From NCBI GenBank assembly GCA_028534125.1, contig CM052816.1:30568001-30632000 (forward strand): DNA of 64,000 nucleotides, in the 5' to 3' direction. The translations under genes were made by a program, and so were the position numbers. The DNA comes from Lama glama. Lineage: Eukaryota. This document shows positions 38,598-51,699 of the stretch, one piece after another; positions within the stretch are counted from its first letter, which is position 1, and the number at the start of each line of letters is the position of its first letter. The notes beneath the pieces are model-generated. The model searched no databases. It saw only the letters and a program-made list of their open reading frames with translations, and was not told the DNA's origin.

Positions 38598-39319
38598 CTT
38601 TAAATCATTATCATTCATTTGCACCACAGTACAAAGAAAGGATCTGCAAGCAATTTTCATAGTTAGGAGGCTACTTCACACACGTGGTGGCAGAAAGAAT
38701 TCATGGGTGGAGAAGAAGATTCTGACAAGTTGGGTTCATCCAAAGACGTAGTCATAAACTTCACTGTGTACATTTTTTAAGGAAGGAGGCCCCCAAACAC
38801 TATACGTAAACAGCTGTTAAATACACACTATATCTTCCTTGTTTATCCTGCCCTTCCTCCTCTCTGATACCTATTTTGATCATCATATTGTCCATGATAC
38901 TTCTACTCTAGGATGGTGGAGGAACACAAAACAGGCAAAGGTTAAGCTAGAAGACTTACAACCATGATAGTAGCACTGATGAGATGCTGACAAGGAAATG
39001 AAAATAAAACAGCAGCCTAGAAATATTTTCCCTTCTATCCCTGGATCCCAGAAACTGAGTAAATTTTTCTGAGAGGAACATTAGCCCCATGAGCAGGGGG
39101 CCAGAATTCCATTTGTACTTTCAGACTAGTGAGGCCTATGAAAGACTGCATTTCTTTAGCAGGGAAAAGTCCATGAGGACTCATATCCCCATCCATTCAC
39201 ATAGATCCTCAATTCCCTTCTCAAGATCATCAGGTTATTTACAGTCACTTTCAGGTTTATTACCTTACACACCTGTCCATAAACAGTTTGCAGCTTCAGT
39301 TACCTCATGAGGTTGGAGT

Positions 39320-39870
39320 AGCATGGAGGAATTGTTTTCAGTTATTAAAAGCAAAGTTTTCAGCATAGAAAGAAAACTTATGGTTACTAGAAGGGAAAGG
39401 GGGGTAGGAATAAATCAGTAGTTTGGGATTAGCAGATACAAACTACTGTATATAAAATAGATAAACAACAAGGCTGTACTATATAGTACAGAGAACTATG
39501 TTCAATAGCTTTTAATAGCCTGTACTACAAAAGAATATGAAAAAGAATATCTATATAGACATATGTATAACTGAATCACCATGTTGTACACCAGAAACTA
39601 ACACAGCATTGTAAATTAACCATACTTCAATTTAAAAAACTTATCAACTAAAAAAAAAAGCAAAATGTTTGGAACCAACTGACATCATTTTTATAACTAT
39701 GGACCAGGTATTGAATCTCTGCCTCCACTTCTGGACCTGTAAATTTGAGATAATAAAAGTGCCTGCCTCATAGGATTTGGTGAGGATTCAGTGAGGAAAC
39801 AGGCATAAAGAACTGAAATACTGCCTGGCACGTAGGAACTACTCAGAAGATGCTAGTCATTATTATTATT
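39320..39870 (+). mobile_element. MIR split by an L1 insertion
   Basis: The MIR core and tail (ctgtaaatttgagataataaaagtgcctgcctcataggatttggtgaggatt...tgcctggcacgtagga...tattattatt) lie right of the L1, with a head remnant to the left. Confidence 0.75.
39361..39655 (+). mobile_element. L1 3' UTR stub (artiodactyl type) with TSD
   Basis: gtttgggattagcagatacaaactact...aaatagataaacaacaagg...ccagaaactaacaca, then an A tail. aaaagcaaa is repeated at 39347-39355 and 39656-39664 at a TT/AAAA site. Confidence 0.9.
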
Positions 39871-40914
39871 GCTGTTTTGCTTATGCTCTTCTTTCCTACC
39901 TTCTCTGGCTCTCTCTCTTGAAGGGCTGCTTCCTGAAAAGCCATCTAGGACTCCTAGGTTTCCTCCAGAAGACCATGGTTGGCCCCTCGCTGACAATACT
40001 GATATCTGTGACCAAGGGGCTGCCTCCCAGCCCCGAGAGGTGAATGTCATTGATGGACTGGAGACACCCTGGTTTCTGTACCAAATATGGATCTTACCTC
40101 TGTATTATTCACACAGTCTCCTAGGCACAAAAGCAATGTACGATGGGGACTTCTTAAATATTTGCCCTTAAGCACCAGTGAGAATCCTTTTTTTGTGTGT
40201 TTCATGTTTCTCAATTCTAAAGTGGGGAGAGTAGCACCTGCATTCTATGATTCCCGTCAAAATTAAATATGGAGTAGCTGGTTTCTAAGCCAATCCCATT
40301 TCTTCTCCTCATACCTAAGGTGTGAGTAGGCCTGATGGGATTTCAGAAAGCATTAATGCTTTCTATCAAAATCAGCATCTCTCAAAAGCAAAACAAGTAT
40401 TCCTTGTTATTCTGGATGTTCACTGGCCCCACTAATGTGAAAGCAGGGATGTGCAATCATAGAATTCATTAGGCTGAAGATACACGTTCTCTGTCTTTCT
40501 CCCCAATGATTTAATTTCTCTTTTCCTCATTCACTTTCTATTTGTCTCTCTTTTATAAACATGTTCTTTCTGTCTTTTGGAGCCGAAGGCATTACTATCA
40601 GGCCTGACTATGTTCTATTTTCTTGATAACTTCAAATAAAAGTGATGAAGATGCACTTTGGTTTAAACCAGAACATTCCAAATATTGAGCTACTGCTAAA
40701 GCAATTTCCTATTAGCTGGTATTCAATAGGGGAATCATTTAGCTATAAAAACAATCTTAGGATATAAAGCACATTTTCTAAATTTTGTTTTATTAAATAT
40801 TTCCCATTTCACCTTCAATGGTTGAAATTCAATTTGAATGTACAAGTATTTATTGAGTAGCTCATATATGAAAGATACTGATTAGATGCAGTGTGGGATA
40901 CGCATAAGAAGTAA

Positions 40915-41135
40915 TATTTTGGAGCACATTATATTTACAAGAGTACTTTCAGATGGATTAGCAAAGTTCTCACAACCACTCATTTGAGGAAGGATCATTA
41001 TTATCGCTATTTTGCACATAATTAAGGTGGGTCTTGAAAAGGTTATAGACCTCATTCACAGTCCATCACAAAACTTCTATGTGCCAACTGTACTTCTCAA
41101 GCTCAAGTCTTTCGACTCTGCCTCCCATGTTCTTC
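40915..41135 (-). mobile_element. MIR fragment, preceded by an L2 tail at about 40830-40910
   Basis: ttctcacaaccac...attattatcgctattttgcacata...ctcaagtctttcgactc. Confidence 0.6.
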
Positions 41136-42179
41136 CCAACCAAACACAAAAATTCCACTCCAGCCACCAGTGAATACACATTAGGAGATAAAGGTCACTT
41201 TGACATGTGACATAATAATTAACTACAAATGAGGTTCAGCAAAATTGCTATAAAATATGGAGGAGAAAAACTTTTCTAATGGCTTAGAAAGGCATCATGG
41301 AAAATGGAATTCCATCTGGATTTGAAGGATTATTTGTGATTTTTATTGTTAGGTATAGTGGGGCCTTTCAGAGAGAAGTGAGTTTCTTGGTCAGGAGCTT
41401 TGGGAACATCAAAGGCTTCCTTCAGAATAAATCTGATTGATACAGATGGGGAAGGGCTGTTAACCCTTAATAGTATTACCTCCGTTCTAGGTAGCTCCTA
41501 GTTATCTCCACAAAAGAGACCTGGTGATGTTTAGAGATGCATCAGAACAGCATTCCCAATGACCTGGCCCAGCAGAGAAGCTTCTCAGCCTTTCAGAGAC
41601 ACCCTAAGCCTTATCATCCCACAGGCTCCTCACTTGTTTTCTCAGCCCTGAGTCTACAACCCTAAAACTGATTGAATTCCTTAATACGTATTTGAGTAGC
41701 ATATTCATTTTATAAATGTGGGTCCATAGAATGATACTACGGGAGCAGAGAAGGAAGCTGTTTAGGAGGGTACCGATCTAGAGAAGGGCATGATGGTTTT
41801 TTACATACTATAACAAGATCTTATCATGGTATCTTGATACCTTTGGTGATACCTTAGCATATATCCAGAGTCCTTTAGTTTATTCATGGGAAATATCTAC
41901 TTTTACTTTTCATTCTTCCTCCAGTCTCCCTTTCATCTAACCTAATGCCTTTTTGGTTTGGAATTAATCTTCCTTGTGTTTCTTGCATTTTACTTTATTC
42001 AGGAAGAGTTTGCAACTGCTCAAAGTTATGCAATTGGGGACAGCTTGACCAGAAGTGTACTTTAATAATATTTTTCTTACCAATGAACACAGTGTGGATG
42101 CAAAGAAAGAACTGTAGTAACATAGATCCTCTCACTGATATTGTTTACAAGAGAGAGAAGCCAATTCTTAACTAGATAA

Positions 42180-42800
42180 TTAGCAGTAGTAATAGAAAGA
42201 AAAGGATACATAAAGTAATTTACTTCCTTACTATCTTACAAGATTTAGCACCATAATGCAGACCTACTAAGGAAGGACTCCGAGATTTTGACCCAATCTG
42301 ACTGCAATAGCAGCTTCTGCCAGAAGAGATTATAGTGAGAAATGGGAGCATATATAAGGAGAAAGTGGATGAATGTCAACTTCCAGATGATGACAGAACA
42401 TTTATGGAGAGATGGCCTTTTGGCCCCATGCAAATAAGGAGTGAAAGGCATGGCTATTGACATAGGATTCATGAGCTGAAGGAATGAGTAAAGGAGACAA
42501 ACAAGATCTGAAGGCAGAGCCTTAGGAGAGATTTCCATTAAACGTCAGGGACAGGAATAGGAGGTAGCAAAGGGAGGGTCAGAGATGGGGGAATACTTCC
42601 ATGTCCTAGAATCCAGTGAAAAGGAGAGGGAACAACTAGATACATGCTGTAGAGAGAGCAAGGAGGGTGTGCCTGAGAGACCTAGGATTCGTGATGAGGA
42701 AGCCACTGGTAACTTCTGAAAGAGAAGAACAAGAGGAGCATGATGTGGCTCGAAGCTACCCTGCCTGGTGTAGAACAGGAAGGTGGGGCTGAAGAGCCAG
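42180..42800 (-). mobile_element. L2 fragment
   Basis: Purine-rich antisense L2-like text (ggcagagccttaggaga...ttaaacgtcagg; gtcctagaatccagtgaa; ccactggtaacttctgaaagag). Confidence 0.55.
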
Positions 42801-43148
42801 TAAAGGGTCTACATGACATGCCTTTCATTGTGAGAACATGAAATGGTCTGACGCCATGACTCTTCTTGGCTGTATTTCCTCCATATTATCTCAGTTAAGT
42901 TAATAATTGCATTGGATGATGATCTAACACTTAAAAAATTACCTTGCACAGAGTAGCAATTCAGCATGGGAAGGCCTGCAGTTGATGGCTCATCTTGGAT
43001 TTGGATTAAAAGATAGCTCCACAATGGGAAACTAAGAGTAACCATGAAGGATTCTAAGCAGCTACTTAGAAGCAGAAGGTGATCGAGTATCGTGGCAGCC
43101 CATTTACGTGGTGTAAGGTTCTTTCCCAACATCTACTTTACATCTTCT

Positions 43149-43248
43149 NNNNNNNNNNNNNNNNNNNNNNNNNNNNNNNNNNNNNNNNNNNNNNNNNNNN
43201 NNNNNNNNNNNNNNNNNNNNNNNNNNNNNNNNNNNNNNNNNNNNNNNN
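43149..43248. other. Assembly gap (100 N)
   Basis: Run of N at the 3' end of a young L1. Confidence 1.
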
Positions 43249-44293
43249 TTTTTTTAGATTCCACATATGAGCGATCTCATATGGTATTTTTCTTTCTCTT
43301 TCTGGCTTACTTCACTTAGAATGACATTCTCCAGGAGCATCCATGTTGCTGCAAATGGCATTATGTTGTCGGTTTTTATAGCTGAGTAGTATACCATTGT
43401 ATAAGTATACCACTTCTTCTTTATCTGGTCATCTGTTGATGGACATTTAGGCTGCCTCCATGTCTTGGCTATTGTAAATAGTGCTGCTATGAACATTGGG
43501 GTGCAGGTGTCATTTTGAAGTAGGGTTCCTTCTGGATACATGCCCAGGAGTGGGATTCCTCGGTCCTATGGTAAATCTATTCCTAGTCTTTTGAGGAATC
43601 TCCATACTGTTTTCCACAGTGGCTGCACCAAACTGCATTCCCACCAGCAATGTAGGAGGGTTCCTCTTTGTCCACAGCCCATCCAGCATTTGTCATTTGT
43701 GGGTTTTTAAATGATGGCCATTGTGACTGGTGTGAGGTGATACCTCATAGTAGTTTTGATTTGCATTTCTCTGATAATTAGTGATATTCAGCATTTCTTC
43801 ATGTGCCTATTGATCATTTGTATGTCTTCCTTGGAGAACTGCTTGTTTAGGTCTTTTGCCCATTTTTGGATTGGGTTGTTTGTTTTTTTCTTATTAAGTT
43901 GTATGAACTGCTCATATATATTCTGGAGATCAAGCCTTTGTCGGTTTCATTTGCAAAAGTTTTCTCCCATTCTGTAAGTTGCCATTTTGTTTTTCTTATG
44001 GTTTCCTTTGCTGTGCAGAAGCTTGTAAGTGTCATTAGGTCCCATTTGTTTATTCTTGCTTTTATTTCTATTGCTTGAGTAGACTCTTCTAGGAGAACAT
44101 TTTTGAGATGTATGTCAGATAATGTTTTGCCTATTATTTTCTTCTAGAAGTTTTGTCGTATCTTGTCTTATGTTTAAGTCTTCAATCCATTTTGAGTTTA
44201 TTTTCGTGTGTGGTGTAAGGGAGTGTTCTAGTTTCATTGCTTTACATGCTGCTGACCAGTTTTCCCAACACCATTAGCTGAAGAGACTGTCTT
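43249..44293 (-). mobile_element. Young 5'-truncated L1 (ORF2 C-terminal region); 3' UTR hidden in the gap
   Basis: ORF 43254-43541 (CTPMFIAALFTIAKTWRQPKCPS...[21 protein letters not shown]) is the L1 ORF2p C-terminus and closely matches 23194-23423. Confidence 0.95.
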
Positions 44294-47200
44294 CTTACAC
44301 TTATTTTCTATCTCCTTAATGTTAGCCAGAGAAAGCAGGGTGGTCACAAAATTGACTCCATCACTATATCCACAAGCTCTGTGGACATTATGTATGTTCT
44401 GAGACCAATCAAACTCTATCCAGAGAAAACGTGAATGGACCTTCCAGTAATCCTTAAGGCTCATACTTTCTGATCTTTTGATAAAAGGTATTATTTTTCA
44501 TTTTGGTTGCAGATAATCTATCAAGGATGCCAACAGTTTTTACAATTTTCTCTTTGATCTTCTCTACAGAGCTAGAATTCTCGATTAATTTTTACCAGGG
44601 ACAACTATTTAAACAAGGCATTGTTGAGTCATAAGCATTACCCTTTCATTTCCAGCTCGCCATATGGGAAGCATAGACATTTTCTTGCAGTGTATTACAG
44701 TTGTGATCAAATGCATGCCACATTCAATGTTTGTAGCCATACAATGAATACATTTTGGCTATTTAAAAAGCAGCCAAGATTTACAGTATAATTCCATTGC
44801 TGACGTTATGCATGACAAAGTCAAGGCAAAGCCAAAAAACCTCATATGTAAAGTGTAATTTATTACATTTCATTTAGACATCCAAATAGGACGTATGTTA
44901 GGGCTGTGGGTGGCAGGTAGGGTGCAAGAATTTATAATTTGCAATTCTTTCTGGAGTATCTATAATCTGTAATCTAGAAGAAGCTCCTGCTTCTGTCTGT
45001 GAATGTTGCCACAACTCTAGGGGCTGGCGCACAGGCCAGGAGTGTCCCACATCTCAGATGATGTAGTAAGGAGCATCTGGAGGAAGTTTACTTTTCCTTT
45101 GTATATTCTGAGAGCACATAAGCTTTGTCTCATGCTTAGAGAAGACTGAGTCTGCTCTTTTTAGATTATCAATCCTCTAAAGAAGGTTACTAAAATACCT
45201 TGGGATTGTATGCTCCTATGAAGAACAGTGACTCCTTTTTTACAGTATGTTCATATTTTAAAACTTTTCATTCATTTAACAGTTATTGATTGAACAGCAA
45301 GTATGTGCAGGAACTCTGCTACACATTAGGGATGTAGAAAACAAATTCTTCACGGACTTGCTTAACTCTTTGTCTTTTGGTCTACCATAGGCAACCTATG
45401 CCTATTTCACTCATTTAATGTTTCCATCAAAATCAACTTCTCAATTGCTTTGTTTTCCATTTTTGAGCACTTTTCCCTTTATAGAAATGTCTCCCATGTG
45501 TAGATGCCTGGAACTTAACGTCAAAGGGCAGGTGTGTTTCCAGTTTTGGCCATGTGCCATTCATCATACAGGCACGTCCATATTTCATCTTGGACATCCA
45601 TATTATGTGATAACACTCGTGCCTCACTGTAACCTTGGCTCACTTCCAGGGTTGCTGCTTTCTGTTTTTCAGCACAGAATCTCTGTGGTTTGGCTTATTA
45701 AGTCCCAGATGTATTCATTTGGACTCTTTCCCTCAGGAAGCCCAGGGTCTCAGGGTGGTAGTGTCTGAGACAAATGCTCAGCATTTCCTGTAATGAGTCT
45801 GAATCTGGCTTCGTGATGCTGTCACTCACCCTCATGGAGAGCTCTCTCTGCCAGGTCATTGTTTCCCTGCTGAAGCTGCTCCCTGCAGTTCTGTCTGGGA
45901 GGCTTCACATTCCAGCTTTCTATGAGGCATTCAGATGAACCTATTTGAATTTCATGGTTGGGGAAATTTATTCATGAAACCTGGACTTCTGCCTTGATGT
46001 TGTCCATTGATCTATAGGTCTTTACACAGATATGGCAGCCCAGAAGCTATGACTTAATTATACTCTTTGGGGAGAAGTGAGTAGACAGGAGGAGAGGTGG
46101 AACCAAACTTGCCCATCTTAAAGAGCCCAGAGAGCATCTTCTGGGCAGATGCTTTTAGGGTGTCACACTATTCACAGAAAAGTGATTTATATGGATCAAA
46201 GTAAACATAATGATTCTTTAGTGTGGAAACCCAGTGGGATCCAGGTAATACACTGGGAAGTGCTTTTTAAAAAAATTGTTCTAGGTCCCAAATGGTTTCC
46301 TTTCAGTATCCCTCCACTTTTTTTTTTTAATCTTTAAAGGTAAAATAAAACAAATGGAGCTTACAGGGTCCGCAGGGGCAGGATGGAGGGATGGGAGATA
46401 GACAAAGGCAGGAGGACTGCCCTGCCATTCCATTCCAGCTTCTTCACAAATAGAGAACATGGCACCTTTTTCCTCTTATGTAATGTGTTGAGAGAGTTAT
46501 GATGTTTAACACCATGCACTGTTTCATAAGATTTGCAAGTTTATTTCTCAAGCCTGAATACTTAAATCAAAAAAATATTAGGTATGATGTCCTGTCCAAG
46601 TTACTGAGTTAAGCCTAGGGTAAGCTTCATAGAATAAAAATACTTTTAATGATGGAAAGGGGAAAAATGTTAGCCAAATCACAAATCCTGTTCCAAAGAT
46701 AAAGTGTTATGACAAGGCTCATATTAATTTAACTATGCTCTCAATAAACTATGCAGTAGTCAGACAGCAATCATAACCTACCAGTTGTTGGTTTAGACCT
46801 GAAAGACCCTTATTTCCTACCTATAAAATAAAATATACACATGTCTATGTTTGGGTGGACAGTTTTATGTGGGAATCACACTAAGTGAAACTGACGTACA
46901 GTTCCGTAACCAACACACAGTCTCAACTGCAGTGACCACAAATGTCCAACCTCATGCCAATGGGAAAAAGAGTCCTGCCCCCCCATGCAGATTCCCCTAT
47001 CAAATACCTGCAGAGAAGTGTGTCTTTAAAAGAGGAATGGAGAACGCTGTGGCAAAAAAAGACAGGCAAGGCAGACACGGCAAAGGAAAATGTACCTGTC
47101 AGAGTGCCAGAAAGGGAGATCCATGCAGAAGAGACAGAGGCAAGGAATTTGGTTAGACAGTCGAAAGTTATAAAGGAAAGGAAAGGGGAGGGGGAGGGAA

Positions 47201-48319
47201 GGCGAGGAAAGGATTCTTCAGGCAGACACTTCAGACCTCTTTCTGTTGACTTCACAGAGAATGCTGGGTTGACAAACATCAAGTAGAGGGTACACAGCCG
47301 CAGAATTTGCAGGATATCATCACCAGTGCCCCTGGTGTACTGGGCACAGGACTGCTGAGTGGAATGTCTGCTGCCCAGCTGATTTACCCGGATGTACGCT
47401 TCCTCCCAAGCAGGTGCTGCACTCCCTAGCTCTGAACACAAAACACGTTCAATGCGTGCTGGCTTATTCATTCTGTCTCTTTCACTTTGCAAATTACCTG
47501 CCCAATTATCTCTCCTCCTGCTTGTCCATTCTTAATTGACTCTGTCTTGGACAAGTCTTCACTTAGGCTATTTGAGTTTACCTGTATTTAAGAAGTGCTC
47601 AAAAATAATTTGTCTAAAGAACACAATCACTGTAAGTTTTCTTTTCCCCAAATCTGATTCATTCCTCTCATGTATACATGTATGTTTTAAATCCTATACA
47701 GCTTTGCTATAATACAGTTTTTGAGACTCTCTCTCTTTGTTAAGTAGCTGGTAAGGCACCTGAATTAGTGTGGCCAAGAGAATAGTTTCTCTTTCTTTTC
47801 TGCATGGCCCTTGCTACTGTTACCCATTATTGGTCTCTGGGGTTAGTGTTTTATTGTTTTGGGGCCCTTGCTAATTTTTGGAAGTTCTGAGTTACTCATA
47901 TGTACATTAGATCTGAGTTGCTTTAGCACCATTGGTGTTATAACATAAACAGTGTTTGTTTTTTTGTTTGTTTGATTAAAATTTTTTAGGTTAAACATAT
48001 TTTCCCCAATAGGAAAAGTATGAAGGTCATGACACTTTTTCCTTCAGCTCCATTAGACATCTCTTATATCTACCCAGCCCTTCATTACCCTCATCGATCT
48101 ACTTTTACAGGAGCTTGAGGAGAGGCACAATGAGACTTGGGAGTGGAGGAGGAATGTTTTCATTTAACAATTTTATGCTCCATGACGTACAGGCTTCAGA
48201 GCCAACAGTACAGCCTCATTCTCAGAACCAAGACAGTGTGAGCCCTAATGTTAAGAACCCATCTGGAAAAGACGTGAGTTTGTCTAAACTTCTAGAGTAC
48301 CAACCATCAAAGCAAATAA

Positions 48320-49025
48320 ACGTATGAGAAGGTGCTTAACTTACTTAGTCATTAGAGAAATACAAGTTAGATCACAACATGGTATCTCTACTTCCCTGCA
48401 AGAATGGCTGAAGTGAAAGAGGTCGACAATACCAAGTGCTGACAAGATGGCAGGACTGCTGGAATTCTCACACACTACTGGTGGGAGTATAAACGGGAAA
48501 CACATTTGGAAAAGTATGTGGTAACATCCGCCACACTGAAGGTTTGCCTACCATGCGACCTAGTGATCCCAGTCCTAGGTGCATGTCCAATAGAAAGACA
48601 TGCTTAGTCATGTTGTGACAATACTGTTGATAATACCCTCTGCAGAGAACCAAACCAGATACTTTACGCTGTAAATGGAAAGCTGCACATCATCAGGATG
48701 AACAAACTGTTGCTTTAGGCAATCACGTACATCAATTAAAAATGTAACAGAGAGGTAAAAAAAACAATGCCGAAACAGTGTACACTGTACTTTGAGAAAC
48801 AGAAAAATATTACCTGTTGGAATTCAGGATATTAGTTACCTTTCAGAGGACAGTGACTGGGAGGAGAGGCGAGGGACTTCAGTGTTGCTTGTAATGCTCT
48901 GCTTCCTGATCCGGGCACTGGCTATACGAATGGGCTCATTTTGCATATATTTATACACAAGACGGATAATTTTGATTTGTGTTCTTTTCCATTGGTCCAT
49001 TATACTTCAGTAAAAAATTACCTAC
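48320..49025 (+). mobile_element. Old L1ME-like ORF2 end and 3' UTR
   Basis: gaaggtgcttaacttacttagtcattagagaaatacaa, acaataccaagtgctgacaag, ggaattctcacacactactggtgggagtataaa and tatacttcagtaaaaa. Confidence 0.8.
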
Positions 49026-50425
49026 AAGAAAACAAAAGAATATAATTTAAATGTTTACTGATCATGCATATTAACTGTAAACAGAAGACGCTAACTTGAT
49101 ACATTTTTTTTAAATTCATGTTTTGCATAATGATACTGAGGCCATGCCTTTTTTGCCATAGAAACTAGTGAATATGACTAGCAAGTTCTAAATATTTTAC
49201 AAACTAGATTTAAAATAACAGGCACAAAGACGTCAGAACTATTTCTAGTTTTCAGCATTTTGAAGGAAATTGATTTTCACCTCATTCTTGAAACCTTTAT
49301 GTTTTTCCTAATCCTTAGGAAGCAAATTGAAGTAAAATGGTATTTTCTTGGCTCAAGATTCTTAGGAAGTCACTAGAAGCAGAAAGCAGATTTTCCTCAG
49401 AGTCTTGCTGGTTTAGCAGAAATTTGCAGAAGTCAAAGGTTGTTAGAAAGCAACCCCTTACCCCTGAATTTAACATATTTGCCTGCCTTACTTGTGTTAT
49501 CAAAGTGGCTCATTTTAAATTCTTCACATATACATGTAATGAGTAATATAAAATGCCTCTGTCTTCAAACCATGACATTACTGTCTGATTTACCAAGGTT
49601 CAAGGAAAAGAAGAAACCACTTAGTGGTGAATAAATCAGCCAAACTAAATCTTTTAATTTAATCTGATTCTGCTGTAGTCACAAAGATATGACAGAAATG
49701 AACTCTTACAAGGAAGGAAAAATGACAGTAATTTTAAAATGGTTTGTAAAACAATTATAAAACACGTAGAAAGAATCTCAGTCTAACTAAATGGTATTTT
49801 TTTTAAAAAATGAAGACAGCCTTGCTGTTTCTATCAATGAATAACTGATTGATTGCAAATGATACGTTCCTATTATTAATGAGACCTGACAATTCCATCA
49901 GGGACCCATGCAACAACCGCACTTTCGTTCTCTGGATGAGCTTATCATTCATTTTTTCCCAGAGCTGAGGAATGCAAAATGAAAGCAGGAGAATTTCGAA
50001 GGTTAAATGAAGGTACAACCTGAAGGAGTAGAAAGATTGTTTGTTACTCTCCTCCTGGACCAAATGATAAAAAAGAATGTTAGTAGTTATGCTGTCAATT
50101 CTCAAGTAATCCATTCAACAATTTTTATTCTGTTTAAGCAGTTACATTTTAGTCAGCAGCTTTACTGAAGATGCGCATACTCTTTCTAATTCTCTGGAGC
50201 CAGATGCTTAAACCACTCAAACAAATCCGAGACCAAGAGTCCATGAGACTAAACTCTGTTTTACCCAACTTAAAAAGAAGAGCGATGCCTCCGAATTTAC
50301 GATCTTCTAAGTAATTTGGGTTTAATAGGTTGATTCTGTGAGATTCAGTAAGTCTCTGTCCTTGAACAAATCACTCTACCACTAGTGAAGACTGGTTTTT
50401 GCACTTTGAATACAAAAGTATTTTG

Positions 50426-50551
50426 GCTCAAATTCCAGTGTAGAGCACGATTTTTCCGTTTTGACACAACATTGTAAAACGACTATAACTCAGTTAAAAA
50501 AAAAAAGTTAAAAAATAAAACAAAATAATTGCTCTTTTAAAATGTAAAAAA
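50426..50551 (+). mobile_element. 126-bp 5'-inverted L1 3'-end insertion with 12-bp TSD
   Basis: 50428-50460 is the reverse complement of L1 3' UTR (31/33 match to 34188-34220). From 50461 the sequence is the sense L1 terminus plus A tracts. TSD aaaagtattttg at 50414-50425 and 50552-50563. Confidence 0.9.
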
Positions 50552-50572
50552 AAAAGTATTTTGAGACTCTGA

Positions 50573-50588
50573 AGGTCATACAAGGTCA
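50573..50588 (+). promoter_or_regulatory. Perfect DR4 nuclear-receptor element (AGGTCA-taca-AGGTCA)
   Basis: Two exact AGGTCA half-sites spaced by 4 bp, the canonical RXR/TR and RXR/LXR arrangement. Motif match only. Confidence 0.4.
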
Positions 50589-51699
50589 TGTCAAATAACA
50601 GCTTATTTCCATACAGCTAGATCACTGAGCATCCAAAATAATTCTAAAACATTTTCAGAAAATATGAAGAAAACTTACTTATATCCAAATGAAACTACCA
50701 GATACAGAATTTGAAGGATCCCAGATGTATTTTGCGATTTACTTAGCTGTAAAAGGTAAAATACAAAAAATTAATTATATGCCCAAGTGCATACGTTCTT
50801 GTGTATGTCAGTCTCATCTGAGCTAGATCTGTATATTTGTCATTTTAATGAAAGTGATGATTGAATTTATTGAAAATGTATTCTGGGGAAACAATACTTT
50901 CTTGCATTTTGTGCTCAATTCCTTGGGAGGAAAAATATCAAATGAGGCTTCATTCTACTCTCAAGGAGTTTAAAAAGCATTTGTGGAGAAAGACTTCTAA
51001 TGTTGCTTTTGGTTATAGATTGAATTTATTTCCTTGTTTCGTTGTTAATATAAAGGGTGCAAGAGAAGTATTTTTAAAATCTACAGAAGTTCAGACAAAG
51101 TAGAGATCTCACGTAAATGGAATAATCAGAGATGTTTTCAAGGAGGAGTGCAGAGGGACCTGGGCTTACCAACATGAAGGTCTGTGGGGGACAGGAGAGT
51201 GACGGAGAGTCCACGAGCCATTTGTAAGACAAAGGGGGGTGGCAGAGAGTAAGGAAAAAGAAACAGTGCATATTTTTAAAGGGGAGAACCTTTCCTTAAT
51301 TTCAGCTAATTATAACCATGTATTAAAATCCTTCTGTGGCAAAGGCTTCTGATTTCTCAAGAGAAGTCACAAATCTGGATTTTTAGATGCATTCCCCATC
51401 CTTCCAAATACTGAAAATTTTTATATATGTGTGTATAAACATAACATATTTATATCTAACTTACAAGATTCTATATAATATAGAGACCGATTATATTCTA
51501 TAATATAAATTGTATACACACACACAATCAGTTTTTGAGAATATACCTAAAGCCCATATTTGACCCACATACAATTAATTTGCAATCTTGACACTGTACC
51601 ATCACCTCAGTAAAATGGCTGAATGTAACCGAATGGAGAAGTGCCAGCTCTGGAGGAGGGAAAGGGATACAGGGAGGAGCAAGGGAAGGTCCATTAACA

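Noticed and set aside
49803..50330. Possible exon or endogenous viral fragment (AEECKMKAGEFRRLNE on +; 103-aa ORF on -)
   Set aside because: The donor site is weak, frames close quickly and I recognise no viral or cellular motif.
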